Positions 40,124 through 50,266 of a stretch of 64,000 bases of DNA are shown one piece after another. Below the pieces are notes generated by a model. The model was not told the origin of the DNA and did not search any database. It was given only the letters and a program-made list of their open reading frames with translations. Each line of letters starts with the position of its first letter. The first letter of the stretch is position 1. The position numbers and the translations under genes are program-made. The stretch lies in contig CBDANF010000003.1 of NCBI GenBank assembly GCA_965197475.1, forward strand, positions 992,001 through 1,056,000, read 5' to 3'. The stretch comes from Candidatus Poribacteria bacterium (GTDB lineage: Bacteria > Poribacteria > WGA-4E > WGA-3G).

Positions 40124-41620
40124 TCAGTACTCAAACAACGACAATTCGGACCACATCCGATTAACATAGGGATTGTGATAGAAAGTCTTTTCCACTTTTG
40201 GCACCCGATTTGGCAGGGGACCTCCAATAGCGACAATTCCGGTTTCCAATTCATCAAGTTGGGCAAGGTCGGCCTCGTTTTTAATCGTTATATACTCTGC
40301 CTCTACTCCTTGCGAAACTAAATAGTATTTAATCAACGGCACGGATACAATATGCAGCTTATTTCCTTGTTCACTCTGTTTGTCACGTAAGTATTTGTGT
40401 ATCTGCGCAATCGCGGTCGGTTTTGTATGTTGGACTACGGTATGTAGCGTGACATAACTATAACAGAGGAAAAAGATAACGACAACTCCCCATGTGAACG
40501 AATGCCGGATTTTATGTTGTTTTCTATTGATTGCGGTTGCTGTTTCTTGTAATGTTGTAATTCGTTGGCAAGAGAGCGCAATGCCCAACGCCAAAAAAGG
40601 CAATACAGGAAAAACGTGTCTGCTTTTATGAATAATGTTCTGTGCTAAGAATATCCAAACAAGGTAAAGCACGCAGCCAAGAAAAATTGGATTCAAAAAT
40701 ATAGAATTATTCCTCAACTGTTTTTCTATAAACCATTGCTTAACTGTTTGCCAATTGGCAACGACAATAATCCCAATTAAAATAATTGTCGTGCAGGCAG
40801 TTATAGGATGGCGACCAAGCCAGTAGAGTCCAAATCCGTCTGCGAATACACTCTCAAAAATTTTTATCAAACGCAGCCACAATTTAGGGTTTGTCGAAAC
40901 AGTGCCACCAAAGTCTGAAAAATGCCCGTGACTATGCGTTTGCGCAGCTGCTATCAGTGTACTCCATCCTGTAATCCATAGTAATGGAATAAGCCAAATA
41001 AGGATACCAAAAATTCCCGCAATGATGTACTTTAGTCGATTTGGTTGCTTTAATAACCGTATCAATAGTGCAGGCACCAACAGTGGTAGATATGAGAGTC
41101 GTATACCAAGCAAAATACCAGCGAGGAAAAATCCGATTGTGTTAAGGCATAACAGCGAATTCCTACCACTTTCTGCTTGTGCAGTCGTAAAATAAAAACT
41201 TCCCAAAAGACATGCAACGCCCATTACATCAGGCATATACCGATTGCTCATCAACCACAATAAAGGGGTCATAAATATAACAAAAATCGCGATTTTTCCC
41301 AATATTGTGGTGCTTTCTATTTTCGCAATCTTTAATGTAAAAAAGATTATGAAAAAGGTTGACAAACCTCCGATCAGTGAAAATGCTAACGCATAACGGA
41401 GAATCACTACATAGAGAAGTTTGGCAACAAAACAGAAAACAGGGTACGCTGGAAAATGCGGTTGCAACTTGGCAATATCGTAGTCTACCATACTCAGCGC
41501 GAAGCGTAGACTATCTAAATCCTCAATATAATAGATAGTGCTAAGCAACCGAGAACTTATACAAAGGATAAAAACGATACCCCAGATAAAGAGATTAGAA
41601 GATTGAAATTGTCGCCACAT
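40124..41620 (-). CDS. Polytopic membrane protein, GT-C/PMT-like glycosyltransferase candidate
   Basis: EDLDS...QPHFPAYP luminal loop, MPD motif, about 11 TM helices. Start moved to MWRQF. Confidence 0.55.
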   Translation of the reverse strand: MWRQFQSSNLFIWGIVFILCISSRLLSTIYYIEDLDSLRFALSMVDYDIAKLQPHFPAYPVFCFVAKLLYVVILRYALAFSLIGGLSTFFIIFFTLKIAKIESTTILGKIAIFVIFMTPLLWLMSNRYMPDVMGVACLLGSFYFTTAQAESGRNSLLCLNTIGFFLAGILLGIRLSYLPLLVPALLIRLLKQPNRLKYIIAGIFGILIWLIPLLWITGWSTLIAAAQTHSHGHFSDFGGTVSTNPKLWLRLIKIFESVFADGFGLYWLGRHPITACTTIILIGIIVVANWQTVKQWFIEKQLRNNSIFLNPIFLGCVLYLVWIFLAQNIIHKSRHVFPVLPFLALGIALSCQRITTLQETATAINRKQHKIRHSFTWGVVVIFFLCYSYVTLHTVVQHTKPTAIAQIHKYLRDKQSEQGNKLHIVSVPLIKYYLVSQGVEAEYITIKNEADLAQLDELETGIVAIGGPLPNRVPKVEKTFYHNPYVNRMWSELSLFEY

Positions 41621-41735
41621 CTCTCCTTCCTTTCTCTTAAAGATTGGAAAAGGGAAGATTAGAAGACGTTCTCCCAATCTTCCTTTTTCCACCTACTCAA
41701 TCTTCTAAAGTGTTTATCCTTTCTTGTAGCGATGA

Positions 41736-43046
41736 CTACCAGTTTTCCATGTTGGCACTAGAAAATCCGTATGCTGTTTGTAGGACAACTTTGGCGCGTT
41801 CGTAATAGGAAACTTGTTTTTCGTATTCACTACTGCCCGGTGCATCATATTTGGGTGCTTCTCCCATAATACCATGCAATTCCCGAAGCTGTCCATCGCT
41901 AATCAACTTGAAAGGATTGTATTGCAAAGCGACAGTATAACCTTTCATCTCCGCCCAATGTTTATTTAAATTGGCAATGTTTTCATCTGCAGTGCCTAAC
42001 TTAGACATATCACTCAGCGTATCGTTGATGTAGTGGACGACTGTCGCGGCGATCACCTTCTCCATGCCTTCCGCAGCAGCTTGGCGGTGTGCGCTGATTT
42101 CCTCAACCGTGCCTTGATTGGTAATAGCGGTACGTCCAGCAAGGAAAGCATCAAAAATTTCCATAGTGAGATCTACACCTGTGCCACCTTTATCACGTTT
42201 AGCAGCGTTTCTGGAAAGCCCGAAGTTGTATTCCGATTTGAAGTCAATACTTCCATCACCATTAGAATCGAAAGTGAAGTCGTCAACACTACCTGCAAGT
42301 TGATCATCGGTATAACGCGCGTAATCGCGGGCAGCACCGAAGTAACCGAAAGCCTCGTCCCATGCATGCTCCATTGCGGTATAGGGGTCTGTTCCGTCTC
42401 GTGCCTCACTGTTGTCGCGTTCAAGTAGAGAGTTAAGATAGACACCTGTCGCTTGGTAATAAGGGACAGCACCGATGAGCACTTTATTAATCATCTGTGA
42501 CATGTCCACACCGTCGTCGGTTGTGTAAGCCATCGCTGTACTGAGTTTATTGGAATCTTGCGAATTGTCCGCAATTTCCTTGAACCATTCCCGCACTAAA
42601 CCATCCGCAGTGCGATTGTAACCGATGGCTGGATCACCTGAAATCTTGCCAACAAGATTTTTTCCAGTCGAAAGCGAGGAATATTGATTTTCAAGAGCAG
42701 GTATTGATCCTGTAGTCGTCAGTGTTTTCAGGTTCAACGCATCGTCATAAGCATAGAATTGCAGTATATCGTCCACACTAACAGGCCTTGCGCCGTCTTT
42801 TCCTACGCTATCTGTGAAAACTTTCAGGTCTTGCAGCAATAGGTTCCGAACAACCTGTCCAGAATATGAAACACTACTTTCGCCTTCTACAAAGCGGCTG
42901 TCAAACACATACGCTTGAGGGACTTCAATTTTAGCTTCATCGGTAGGGTCAGGTTCGTCATCATCACTCCCGCAAGCGGGTAAAAATAGACAAGCAATAG
43001 CCAGCAACACAAATATCCATTGAAATTTTTTTGTCAAGAAATACAT
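41736..43046 (-). CDS. DUF4856-like lipoprotein
   Basis: Lipobox LPAC, VSYSGQ..R, MEHAWDEAFGYFG, HWAEMKG. Confidence 0.75.
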   Translation of the reverse strand: MYFLTKKFQWIFVLLAIACLFLPACGSDDDEPDPTDEAKIEVPQAYVFDSRFVEGESSVSYSGQVVRNLLLQDLKVFTDSVGKDGARPVSVDDILQFYAYDDALNLKTLTTTGSIPALENQYSSLSTGKNLVGKISGDPAIGYNRTADGLVREWFKEIADNSQDSNKLSTAMAYTTDDGVDMSQMINKVLIGAVPYYQATGVYLNSLLERDNSEARDGTDPYTAMEHAWDEAFGYFGAARDYARYTDDQLAGSVDDFTFDSNGDGSIDFKSEYNFGLSRNAAKRDKGGTGVDLTMEIFDAFLAGRTAITNQGTVEEISAHRQAAAEGMEKVIAATVVHYINDTLSDMSKLGTADENIANLNKHWAEMKGYTVALQYNPFKLISDGQLRELHGIMGEAPKYDAPGSSEYEKQVSYYERAKVVLQTAYGFSSANMENW

Positions 43047-43064
43047 TTTTCTCCTTATTAAATT

Positions 43065-43089
43065 AAAGATAACGAGTCTCATTATCTTT
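43065..43089. promoter_or_regulatory. Fur-like box 2
   Basis: aaaGATAACGAGTCTCATTATCttt. Confidence 0.75.
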
Positions 43090-43165
43090 CTAATTTGTTA
43101 GTTGTTAATAGGTTCTTTAGATGCAGAAAGCAATTTTAAAACTGGTTTCTGCCCTGTATAAAATA

Positions 43166-45673
43166 CTAAAAACCTTGCTTGATACCAAAAAGTATCTGTC
43201 GTCTCGGTCCGATTAGGATGCCCGAGCTTAAATTGGCTTCAGGTTGCCCTGCATTTGAATGCAAACGCGACCCGATATAAACTTTATCGAAAATGTTTTT
43301 GGCAGTGAAAAACAGCTGCCACTGTGTCGTTAATTTATAATTTATACTGACATTCACAATAGCATAACTTGGAATGGGACCAGTATCACCACGATTTTTA
43401 GTCTGCTGTATGTTTTCAAAATCGGTGAAGACTTCATCCACAAACCGCATATCTGCACGCATGCGGAGAACATCACCGAAATGTTTCGCTAATCCTACAG
43501 TGAAAGTATGCTGTGGAGCATAAGGTAGTTCGTTGCCGTTTAACTCTACATCAACATTTCCAGCAATAGTCGCAGATTTGACAATACCGTCAACAATTTC
43601 AGTCTGAAGATATGTATAAGTAGCGTTGAGATCAGGTAGTATTGACACGAATTCTGAAATGCTGAATCTTATCGCCGTTTCCAGTCCTGACAAATTAACC
43701 TTCCCTAAATTCTTGAAAGCAGTGCCGCGCCCAGCCGCAACTAAATCTTCAACCGCAATAAAAAATCCAGCAGTCTCTATCGTAACCCCAGGTATCCATG
43801 ATCTGAATCCCAATTCCATGTTCCAGCTTCTTTCAGGTTTAAGGTCAAGCCCGCCAGCATCAACATTTTGACCGAAGTTTGTAACTTTTAACGCGCCGCT
43901 GGAGGGTGCTGTATATCCTCTATGAATGCTGCCGAAAAGATTGAAGTGCCCGACCTGATAGTTTACGCCAATACCCGGCAATAGCACTGAAGACACCTTG
44001 TCTGCCAGCACTGAACCGCGTAGTCTGTCTACCCGGTCCTGTTTAAAAACTTCAAATCGTGTGCCAAATGTAAGAGTAAAGTTTTGCAATTCAAGTTGTT
44101 CTTTTGCATAAAGTGCCAATGCCATAGTTTCGTAGTGATGACTTTGTCCGACAAGTTTGACAGGGTCTTCCGTAGAGCCTGGCGTTCCCGTGTAGTAAAC
44201 GCCATCCCGTGCATCTGGCGCATCGCCAATTTTCTTATCGTCAATAAAACGTTCCCAGTGCACCCTGCCACCGATTTCAGCACGCCCGACATATCCACCA
44301 ATCCCATGTTTTACTGTATAGTTTTGCTCAATTCCACCAACGTAGAAGGTTCGTAGGATACCGAAGTTGCTTTTACCATTACCCATTCTAACAAGATCGC
44401 CTGTTTGGAAATAGGGTACTGGCACCAAATCCCCGGTTTCTAAGGCTGCTGGACGCACAAAGACATCGTCTTCACGCCACCACCGACGATCAAACAGGCT
44501 TGTATATAACGTCGTATTACTTACCAGATTTTCCGTGATTTTGTTGGTATAGATGAGGTCAACTGATGTCCGCAAGACCTTAAAATTATCGTCTTTTTTC
44601 GGGTTAAAGTTGGGATCGGTTTGGAAAGTGTATTCTGTCAAGCCTGTATAGGTTGCGTTTGAATTTTCAAAATTGCCGTTTAGTTTGAAATAGAGAGTCT
44701 TTTCTTCACTCAGTTGGAAAAGCGTTTTAAGAGTTCCGTTAGCCTGATCAAATGTGTTATTTTCCCTAAACCCGTCTCCGTGTTTGTAGAGAAGTTGCAA
44801 GTCTGACAAAATTTTTTCAGAATTTCCGATACCTCTCAATTCTGAAAATGCACCGAAATATCCGTTGTTTCCAACTGTTATCTGATTTCCTAACCCGCGT
44901 GTTCCGTCAGGTTTTCGTGTCGTGTAGTTAATAACTCCTCCCATTGTTTGTGGTCCATAGCGGACTGCAGCACTGCCTTTAATAACCTCAACAGCGTCAA
45001 TTCGATCAGCAGGCGGATTGTAATAGGCATTCGGATAAATGTATACAGCGGGTTGTATTGGCACACCATCTTCAAGCAAAAGCACACGCGCGCTTCGACG
45101 TGGATTCAGGCCTCGAATTCCAATACTCAATCGCGAGTTTCCAAACCCATCATCCGCATAACCGTTGATACCCGGTATGAATTCAAGTAATTCTTGTGTT
45201 CCGACAGGCTTAATTAGGTCAACAATTTCTGGTTCTAACTTGCTCATTGTGCCAGTCAGTATTCTATGTTTACGCAGCGATTGACCAATAATTTCTATCG
45301 GGGCTAATTCAAAGGTCTGGCTTGACAATGCTATTCTTAAATTGTCGGGTGAATCTGAGGCAATTATTTTACTATAGGCATTATAACCAATTGAACTTAC
45401 CTGAATCTGTTGATCCTCTTGGACATTCTGCGTAAATTGAAAGCTACCATCTTTTGCAGTTGTTGTCTTTTCCAAGACTTGTCCGTTTGATTCAACCTTA
45501 ACAATGGCGCCTAAAATAGGGTGACCTGTTTCTTTGTCGATCACTTTGCCGCTAATTTTGGTTGAAGCTTCGCAAAAATTCAGCGTGCCAAAGAGAAAGG
45601 TTAGGACGATTAAGATTGGTACGGTTCTATAGCCAGTTTTTAATCTGCAGGCTCCGAGAAAAAATTGATACAT
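43166..45673 (-). CDS. TonB-dependent receptor (FecA-like) with N-terminal carboxypeptidase-regulatory-like domain
   Basis: IGIRGLNPRRS..VLLLEDGVP, EVIKG...YGPQTMGGVIN, C-terminal F. Confidence 0.92.
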   Translation of the reverse strand: MYQFFLGACRLKTGYRTVPILIVLTFLFGTLNFCEASTKISGKVIDKETGHPILGAIVKVESNGQVLEKTTTAKDGSFQFTQNVQEDQQIQVSSIGYNAYSKIIASDSPDNLRIALSSQTFELAPIEIIGQSLRKHRILTGTMSKLEPEIVDLIKPVGTQELLEFIPGINGYADDGFGNSRLSIGIRGLNPRRSARVLLLEDGVPIQPAVYIYPNAYYNPPADRIDAVEVIKGSAAVRYGPQTMGGVINYTTRKPDGTRGLGNQITVGNNGYFGAFSELRGIGNSEKILSDLQLLYKHGDGFRENNTFDQANGTLKTLFQLSEEKTLYFKLNGNFENSNATYTGLTEYTFQTDPNFNPKKDDNFKVLRTSVDLIYTNKITENLVSNTTLYTSLFDRRWWREDDVFVRPAALETGDLVPVPYFQTGDLVRMGNGKSNFGILRTFYVGGIEQNYTVKHGIGGYVGRAEIGGRVHWERFIDDKKIGDAPDARDGVYYTGTPGSTEDPVKLVGQSHHYETMALALYAKEQLELQNFTLTFGTRFEVFKQDRVDRLRGSVLADKVSSVLLPGIGVNYQVGHFNLFGSIHRGYTAPSSGALKVTNFGQNVDAGGLDLKPERSWNMELGFRSWIPGVTIETAGFFIAVEDLVAAGRGTAFKNLGKVNLSGLETAIRFSISEFVSILPDLNATYTYLQTEIVDGIVKSATIAGNVDVELNGNELPYAPQHTFTVGLAKHFGDVLRMRADMRFVDEVFTDFENIQQTKNRGDTGPIPSYAIVNVSINYKLTTQWQLFFTAKNIFDKVYIGSRLHSNAGQPEANLSSGILIGPRRQILFGIKQGF

Positions 45674-45692
45674 GAATTCTTTTCCTATACTT

Positions 45693-45947
45693 TTAAAAGC
45701 GTTTTGGATTGGAAATTTTTTGGCGCTTACTGTCAATTTTACCAGTTTTCACATCTTTAGTCGTGTTTTCCGTATTTTCGGTTGTACTAACCGACAAGTT
45801 GGTATTGCCGTAACTACCGCCAGCTTCCTCAGCGACATCAACTTGAGGTGAGAGTATCGGATCGCTCTCACAACCGCACAAAGCAAAACCGATAACTATA
45901 ATCAGTGCTACCAATAATTTTCTGAGTGTGATAAACATTAGGTTCAT
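45693..45947 (-). CDS. Small lipoprotein
   Basis: Signal and lipobox LCGC; lies within the operon. Confidence 0.6.
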   Translation of the reverse strand: MNLMFITLRKLLVALIIVIGFALCGCESDPILSPQVDVAEEAGGSYGNTNLSVSTTENTENTTKDVKTGKIDSKRQKISNPKRF

Positions 45948-45975
45948 TATATAAATCCTTATTCTATTCAATCTG

Positions 45976-47379
45976 TTACAAAGACTCCAGAAACGCAATG
46001 AGCGCATCCCGTTCTGTTTTTGACATCTCCAAAGTGGCTTGTCGCGATTTTTCTGCTTCCCCACCATGCCAGAGAATAGCTTCCATCAGGTTTCGTGCCC
46101 GTCCATCATGTAGAAAGTTGGTATGACCGTTAACCGTTTGCACTAAGCCGATACCCCACAATGGCGGTGTCCGCCATTCTTTTCCATCCGCGAGAAAATC
46201 AGGACGATTATCCGCTAAACCGGGTCCCATATCGTGCAACAATAGGTCTGTGTACGGATGAATCGTCTGATTGCTAACTGAGGACACACCGGGTAAAACA
46301 CCAGTTCTTAACGTTGGGATATGACAGATTGTGCATTGCGCTTGTGCGAAAAGTTGTTCGCCGTGCATGACCTGTGGGTTATCCACATTTCGCCGTGCAG
46401 GGACCGCTAAGGTCTGTACGTAGAACGTAACTACCTCTAAAATTTCATCGCTAATCTCAGGCGTTGCGCTGTTTTCGGTGAGTTGTGGTTGTCCTGCCGA
46501 ATTTTCTATGAGAAATAGCGAAGTGGTTAAACCCATATCATCATGATATGCTGATGCGACCTGTTGAAGAAGTGTTGGTTGGTTTGCTTTCCATCCAAAA
46601 CGACCAAGAACATATCGCTTTTGCACGACATCCCATACGAAATTGGGTTTTCCAGAGATGCCATCTCCGTTAACATCAGCCTCATCAGCGTAAGTTAGTA
46701 CGGTTTTTTCAGGAATTGCTTCTAATAAACCGAGTCCAAAAACAACTGGTGCCACACGCGGTGATACCTCAACATCTTCGGGTAGCGGTTGATAGGTATC
46801 CGTAATAAAATAATCTGGATGGCGAAGATGTACGCGTGTGCCATCTGCTGTAATTAACGTTTGTTCAGTATACTCAATTTTGACTGTGCCTTCTGCCGGT
46901 ATTCCAACAATTGCGCGGTTATTCAACTGTGTGCCATAACCCGGCACTGGAATTGGTGGTTTTCCATCTGTCATATTCTCAGTCTTTGGAAGGCTAAGCC
47001 TAAAAAGCAGTGATACAAGTTCTTCATCAAAATCCGGTGGACGTCCTCGCCCGTCACGGCTATGGCAGTTAACGCACGAAACATTATTATAAATAGGTCC
47101 AAGACCAGGATTCACTTCCGCAGGGGCAGTTACAAAGACAGCTTCAAATTCAACATCACCGTCCAAGTGTTTTTCGAGTGATGCTGTAGAAAGATTGGGG
47201 GCTGGGATTGAAAAAGCATGGCTTGATGCATCAAAGATAGTCGTATCCCCACCAGAAAGTGGACCTGTAGAATCTATAGGAAATTTGAATTCAAAGGTAT
47301 CTGTTGGCGATTCTGAGTTACACCCAATTACAAGGGATACCAAGAAAGCGATATATATAACTGTAGGATAATTTTTCAT
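45976..47379 (-). CDS. Di-heme oxidoreductase (DHOR/DUF1111) family lipoprotein
   Basis: GLGP.YN.VSCVNCH, GRFGWKA, CTICH, YTDLLLHDMG, EWRTPPLWG, LHDGRAR. Confidence 0.9.
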   Translation of the reverse strand: MKNYPTVIYIAFLVSLVIGCNSESPTDTFEFKFPIDSTGPLSGGDTTIFDASSHAFSIPAPNLSTASLEKHLDGDVEFEAVFVTAPAEVNPGLGPIYNNVSCVNCHSRDGRGRPPDFDEELVSLLFRLSLPKTENMTDGKPPIPVPGYGTQLNNRAIVGIPAEGTVKIEYTEQTLITADGTRVHLRHPDYFITDTYQPLPEDVEVSPRVAPVVFGLGLLEAIPEKTVLTYADEADVNGDGISGKPNFVWDVVQKRYVLGRFGWKANQPTLLQQVASAYHDDMGLTTSLFLIENSAGQPQLTENSATPEISDEILEVVTFYVQTLAVPARRNVDNPQVMHGEQLFAQAQCTICHIPTLRTGVLPGVSSVSNQTIHPYTDLLLHDMGPGLADNRPDFLADGKEWRTPPLWGIGLVQTVNGHTNFLHDGRARNLMEAILWHGGEAEKSRQATLEMSKTERDALIAFLESL

Positions 47380-47470
47380 ATTTATTGCTACTTTTGTGGG
47401 AACAACACAGAGGCTGTTCCCAACAAAAACGAAATAGTCTTTGCGTACTGACAAGCACGCTTATTCTGCA

Positions 47471-48556
47471 TTAATTAAACTCACTCGTCTGAACGAGCGG
47501 GAGTATATCTTGCTCAAGCGTCAGCTGAACTTTGCTGACAGCGTCAATAGCTGTCTGAACAGATGAACGGTTGCCTATAATTGAATCACGGAAAGGATCC
47601 GGAATTGCTCCGATGCTGTCAATCGCCTTCTGCACTTCTGTCTGGAACCGGGTATCCAAATCCGCGTCTTTACTGTTCACAAATTCGTTTAACCCTTGTC
47701 CATCACTTACGAATTTTCCCATGTAGACGTTTTGGATTCCTCTGATATTGTCTTGGAAATCTGATATGGAGTTAAAACTGAATTGAGATTCAACAAGGGT
47801 GGTGTCCGATTCGTTGTAAGGGTCAGAAATTTTGCCGTTAGCAACTTCATCAGCAATATCGATCATACCGTTGACCATTTCTTGTACTGCAGCACTTTGT
47901 GACCGATAGACAGCATTTCCCTCTTCACCAGCTGACGCAACAGTATTGCTAAAATTATCACCTTCTGGTGCCCACGCCAAGCGCAGTTGTTTTGTGCTCG
48001 CCTTGAGACTTTCAGTCGCCGAAACAAGGTATTCCAGTTCACGTCCTGTTATATCTGATGCTTTGCGTTGATTGCCATCGCGGAATAGTAGAAACTCAAT
48101 GGTGTGAAAACCTTTCTGTGTAACTTCTAATCCGCTGACATACTCTACCGTTAACTCATCATCTTTATCTAAGACTTCTTGTAGGTTGACGTGATCAACT
48201 GGCCAACTATCTAAAGCAGGGTCAAGTCCTTGCGTATCAACCGGACCAAACAGGAATGCTTCGCTCTGCTCCCACGGTGTCCTCGTGGCTTTCCACGCCT
48301 GTTGTGCTTTTTCCAGATTTGCTTGCGTGGTATCAGTTTTCAACGCCTTGACAGCTGCCAACAATTCACCCGCTTTATTATCTAAATCAGTGTAGGCGGC
48401 TAACACGACAGTATTAGCAAAATCATCAAGTATCTGAGCAGCGTCATAAGCTTCACCTTGATCGTGTTTGTCGTCATCATCGCTCTCACATCCCACAACA
48501 AATGCGAATGCAATTAGCAAACAACAGAATACTGTCCAAACTTTATTGAACTTCAT
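47471..48556 (-). CDS. Imelysin (peptidase M75 / IrpA-like) iron-regulated lipoprotein
   Basis: WEQSEAFLFGP, DSWP, GFHTIE, EV...KI..P, ESQFS.NS..DF. Confidence 0.9.
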   Translation of the reverse strand: MKFNKVWTVFCCLLIAFAFVVGCESDDDDKHDQGEAYDAAQILDDFANTVVLAAYTDLDNKAGELLAAVKALKTDTTQANLEKAQQAWKATRTPWEQSEAFLFGPVDTQGLDPALDSWPVDHVNLQEVLDKDDELTVEYVSGLEVTQKGFHTIEFLLFRDGNQRKASDITGRELEYLVSATESLKASTKQLRLAWAPEGDNFSNTVASAGEEGNAVYRSQSAAVQEMVNGMIDIADEVANGKISDPYNESDTTLVESQFSFNSISDFQDNIRGIQNVYMGKFVSDGQGLNEFVNSKDADLDTRFQTEVQKAIDSIGAIPDPFRDSIIGNRSSVQTAIDAVSKVQLTLEQDILPLVQTSEFN

Positions 48557-48604
48557 AAAAACCTCCAGGTTTTTTCTTAATACACGCGATTTCTACCGCG
48601 CTTG

Positions 48605-49819
48605 TTAATATTGAAAACCGAAGCCAAGCGCAAAGGTATTTTCCCTGTTTTTATCCTTTGTCGCTAAACGCCTCAGTGAATAGTGGCTCTTGAAAACCAA
48701 CTGTGGGTGAACATGGTAGTTAATACCGAAAGTCCACGTAGTTCTTTCCCACCGAGGATTGTCAAAGATAGGACCTTCAACACTCGCCATCGTATCGTAA
48801 AAATCGTAACGGGCGAATACGTCAAGCGTAGGAGATGCATCATTAGCAGTTCTGAAAAATGACAGAATATCGTAGCCCGCTTCAATGTACCAACCGAGGG
48901 CAGAACTGCCTATCGGCGTACGCTTCACATTGAGATTATTGGATAGGGTTCGATTGACTTTAGACAACCGATCAGCATTTTCAAGCATTCCCCAGAGGAA
49001 CAGTCCTCGGACTTTCAGGGCATTCACCTCGTAAAATCCGTGCAGGCTCACAATGCCGACGTGAGCATCGAAATCCACGTCCGGTTTAGGACGGTTTGCT
49101 GCGGTGTCACCGTAGTAACCGGAAATACCGATGCTTGCGTTCTCATGAAATGTATAATCAAGTCGTCCGACAAACGCGAGAGCTTCAGCGTTGACTGTTT
49201 CAAATCGCAGCTGGTGTCCACGAACTATCCAGTGCCGTGAACTGAACCCGGTTGAATCCAAACCGTTGACAATTTGCGCTTGATATTTCAGCGAACTGAG
49301 TGTGCCAAAAAGTTCAATACCGGTTTCGTGCCAGATAGTCGGAATGAGGGGTGTCTCTGCTTCGGGGCGGGTTGTCGTAAAGTAGTGTTGTGGTCGGTGG
49401 CGTTTCGCAATGAGTCCTACAGGCACGATGAAATGCCCAACTCTGAAATTGAGCGAGGGGTGAATTGAAAAGACAGCGGCGAGTTTTTCAACAATGACTT
49501 CACCACCTTTTTCAATCTCCGTCTCGAATTCTCCAAATTCTTCAAATTTGTCAAATTCCATCGTGCTACCGGTGCCACCGTGTTCAAATTCTATTTCTGC
49601 TTCAAGTCGGATGGTATCATTGATGCGGTATTTCGGTGCGATGACGAAACGTTCAACGTCAATAGCTGCACGCCTATTCGGGTCAAGTTCCCAGTCAAAA
49701 CGAGCATAGTTAATCACGCCGTATCCAGAAACCGAAAATGGGTTTGGTTCAGCAACAGTACTGAAACTAAGTAAAATAAACATTCCCAGAAATGTTGGGA
49801 AAAGCATTCGTTTTTTCAT
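48605..49819 (-). CDS. Outer-membrane beta-barrel porin-like protein
   Basis: EIEFEHGG, E..LIPTIWHETG, C-terminal GFQY; typical neighbour of imelysin/DHOR genes. Confidence 0.75.
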   Translation of the reverse strand: MKKRMLFPTFLGMFILLSFSTVAEPNPFSVSGYGVINYARFDWELDPNRRAAIDVERFVIAPKYRINDTIRLEAEIEFEHGGTGSTMEFDKFEEFGEFETEIEKGGEVIVEKLAAVFSIHPSLNFRVGHFIVPVGLIAKRHRPQHYFTTTRPEAETPLIPTIWHETGIELFGTLSSLKYQAQIVNGLDSTGFSSRHWIVRGHQLRFETVNAEALAFVGRLDYTFHENASIGISGYYGDTAANRPKPDVDFDAHVGIVSLHGFYEVNALKVRGLFLWGMLENADRLSKVNRTLSNNLNVKRTPIGSSALGWYIEAGYDILSFFRTANDASPTLDVFARYDFYDTMASVEGPIFDNPRWERTTWTFGINYHVHPQLVFKSHYSLRRLATKDKNRENTFALGFGFQY

Positions 49820-49833
49820 AAATTTAATTCGGC

Positions 49834-49870
49834 ACCTATTATGATATTGAGACTCAATATCATAATAGGT
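49834..49870. promoter_or_regulatory. Fur-like box 3 inside a perfect 37-bp palindrome
   Basis: acctattatGATATTGAGACTCAATATCataataggt. Confidence 0.75.
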
Positions 49871-49919
49871 TGTTGGTTAAATCAACTTCAAAATAGGTGA
49901 GATTCCACGCCCAGAAATT

Positions 49920-50042
49920 GATAACGAATCTCATTATCCTAAATCATACTCGGAAGTACAACTAATGTCAAATATTTGTGCTGAATTCGGACATTTTCAC
50001 ACGATTGTTAATAATTATACTCCGTATTTTCAGGAATGTCAA
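49920..50042 (-). promoter_or_regulatory. Fur-like box 4 and tandem sigma70 promoters of the iron operon
   Basis: GATAACGAATCTCATTATC (49920-49938); TTGACA-17-TATGAT (49971-49943); TTGACA-17-TATAAT (50042-50014). Confidence 0.75.
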
Positions 50043-50266
50043 GAAAACTTGCAGAAAATTGTAGATAATTTTGAAAAAATTGGATAAATGGTCTTAAGTT
50101 GTTATATTTGTAGAAGAAAATAAGGCGGGCATAGGCACCCACCCGAGAAAAAAAGGAATATCGCAATTAGCGATTTTGTAAGAGTTCTTTCAGTGCCGCT
50201 TTTTTCCTTTTCAAACGGCGTAGTTGTCGTTGGCGAATTTGTGTTCGCCGTCTTACTTGTCCGCTT

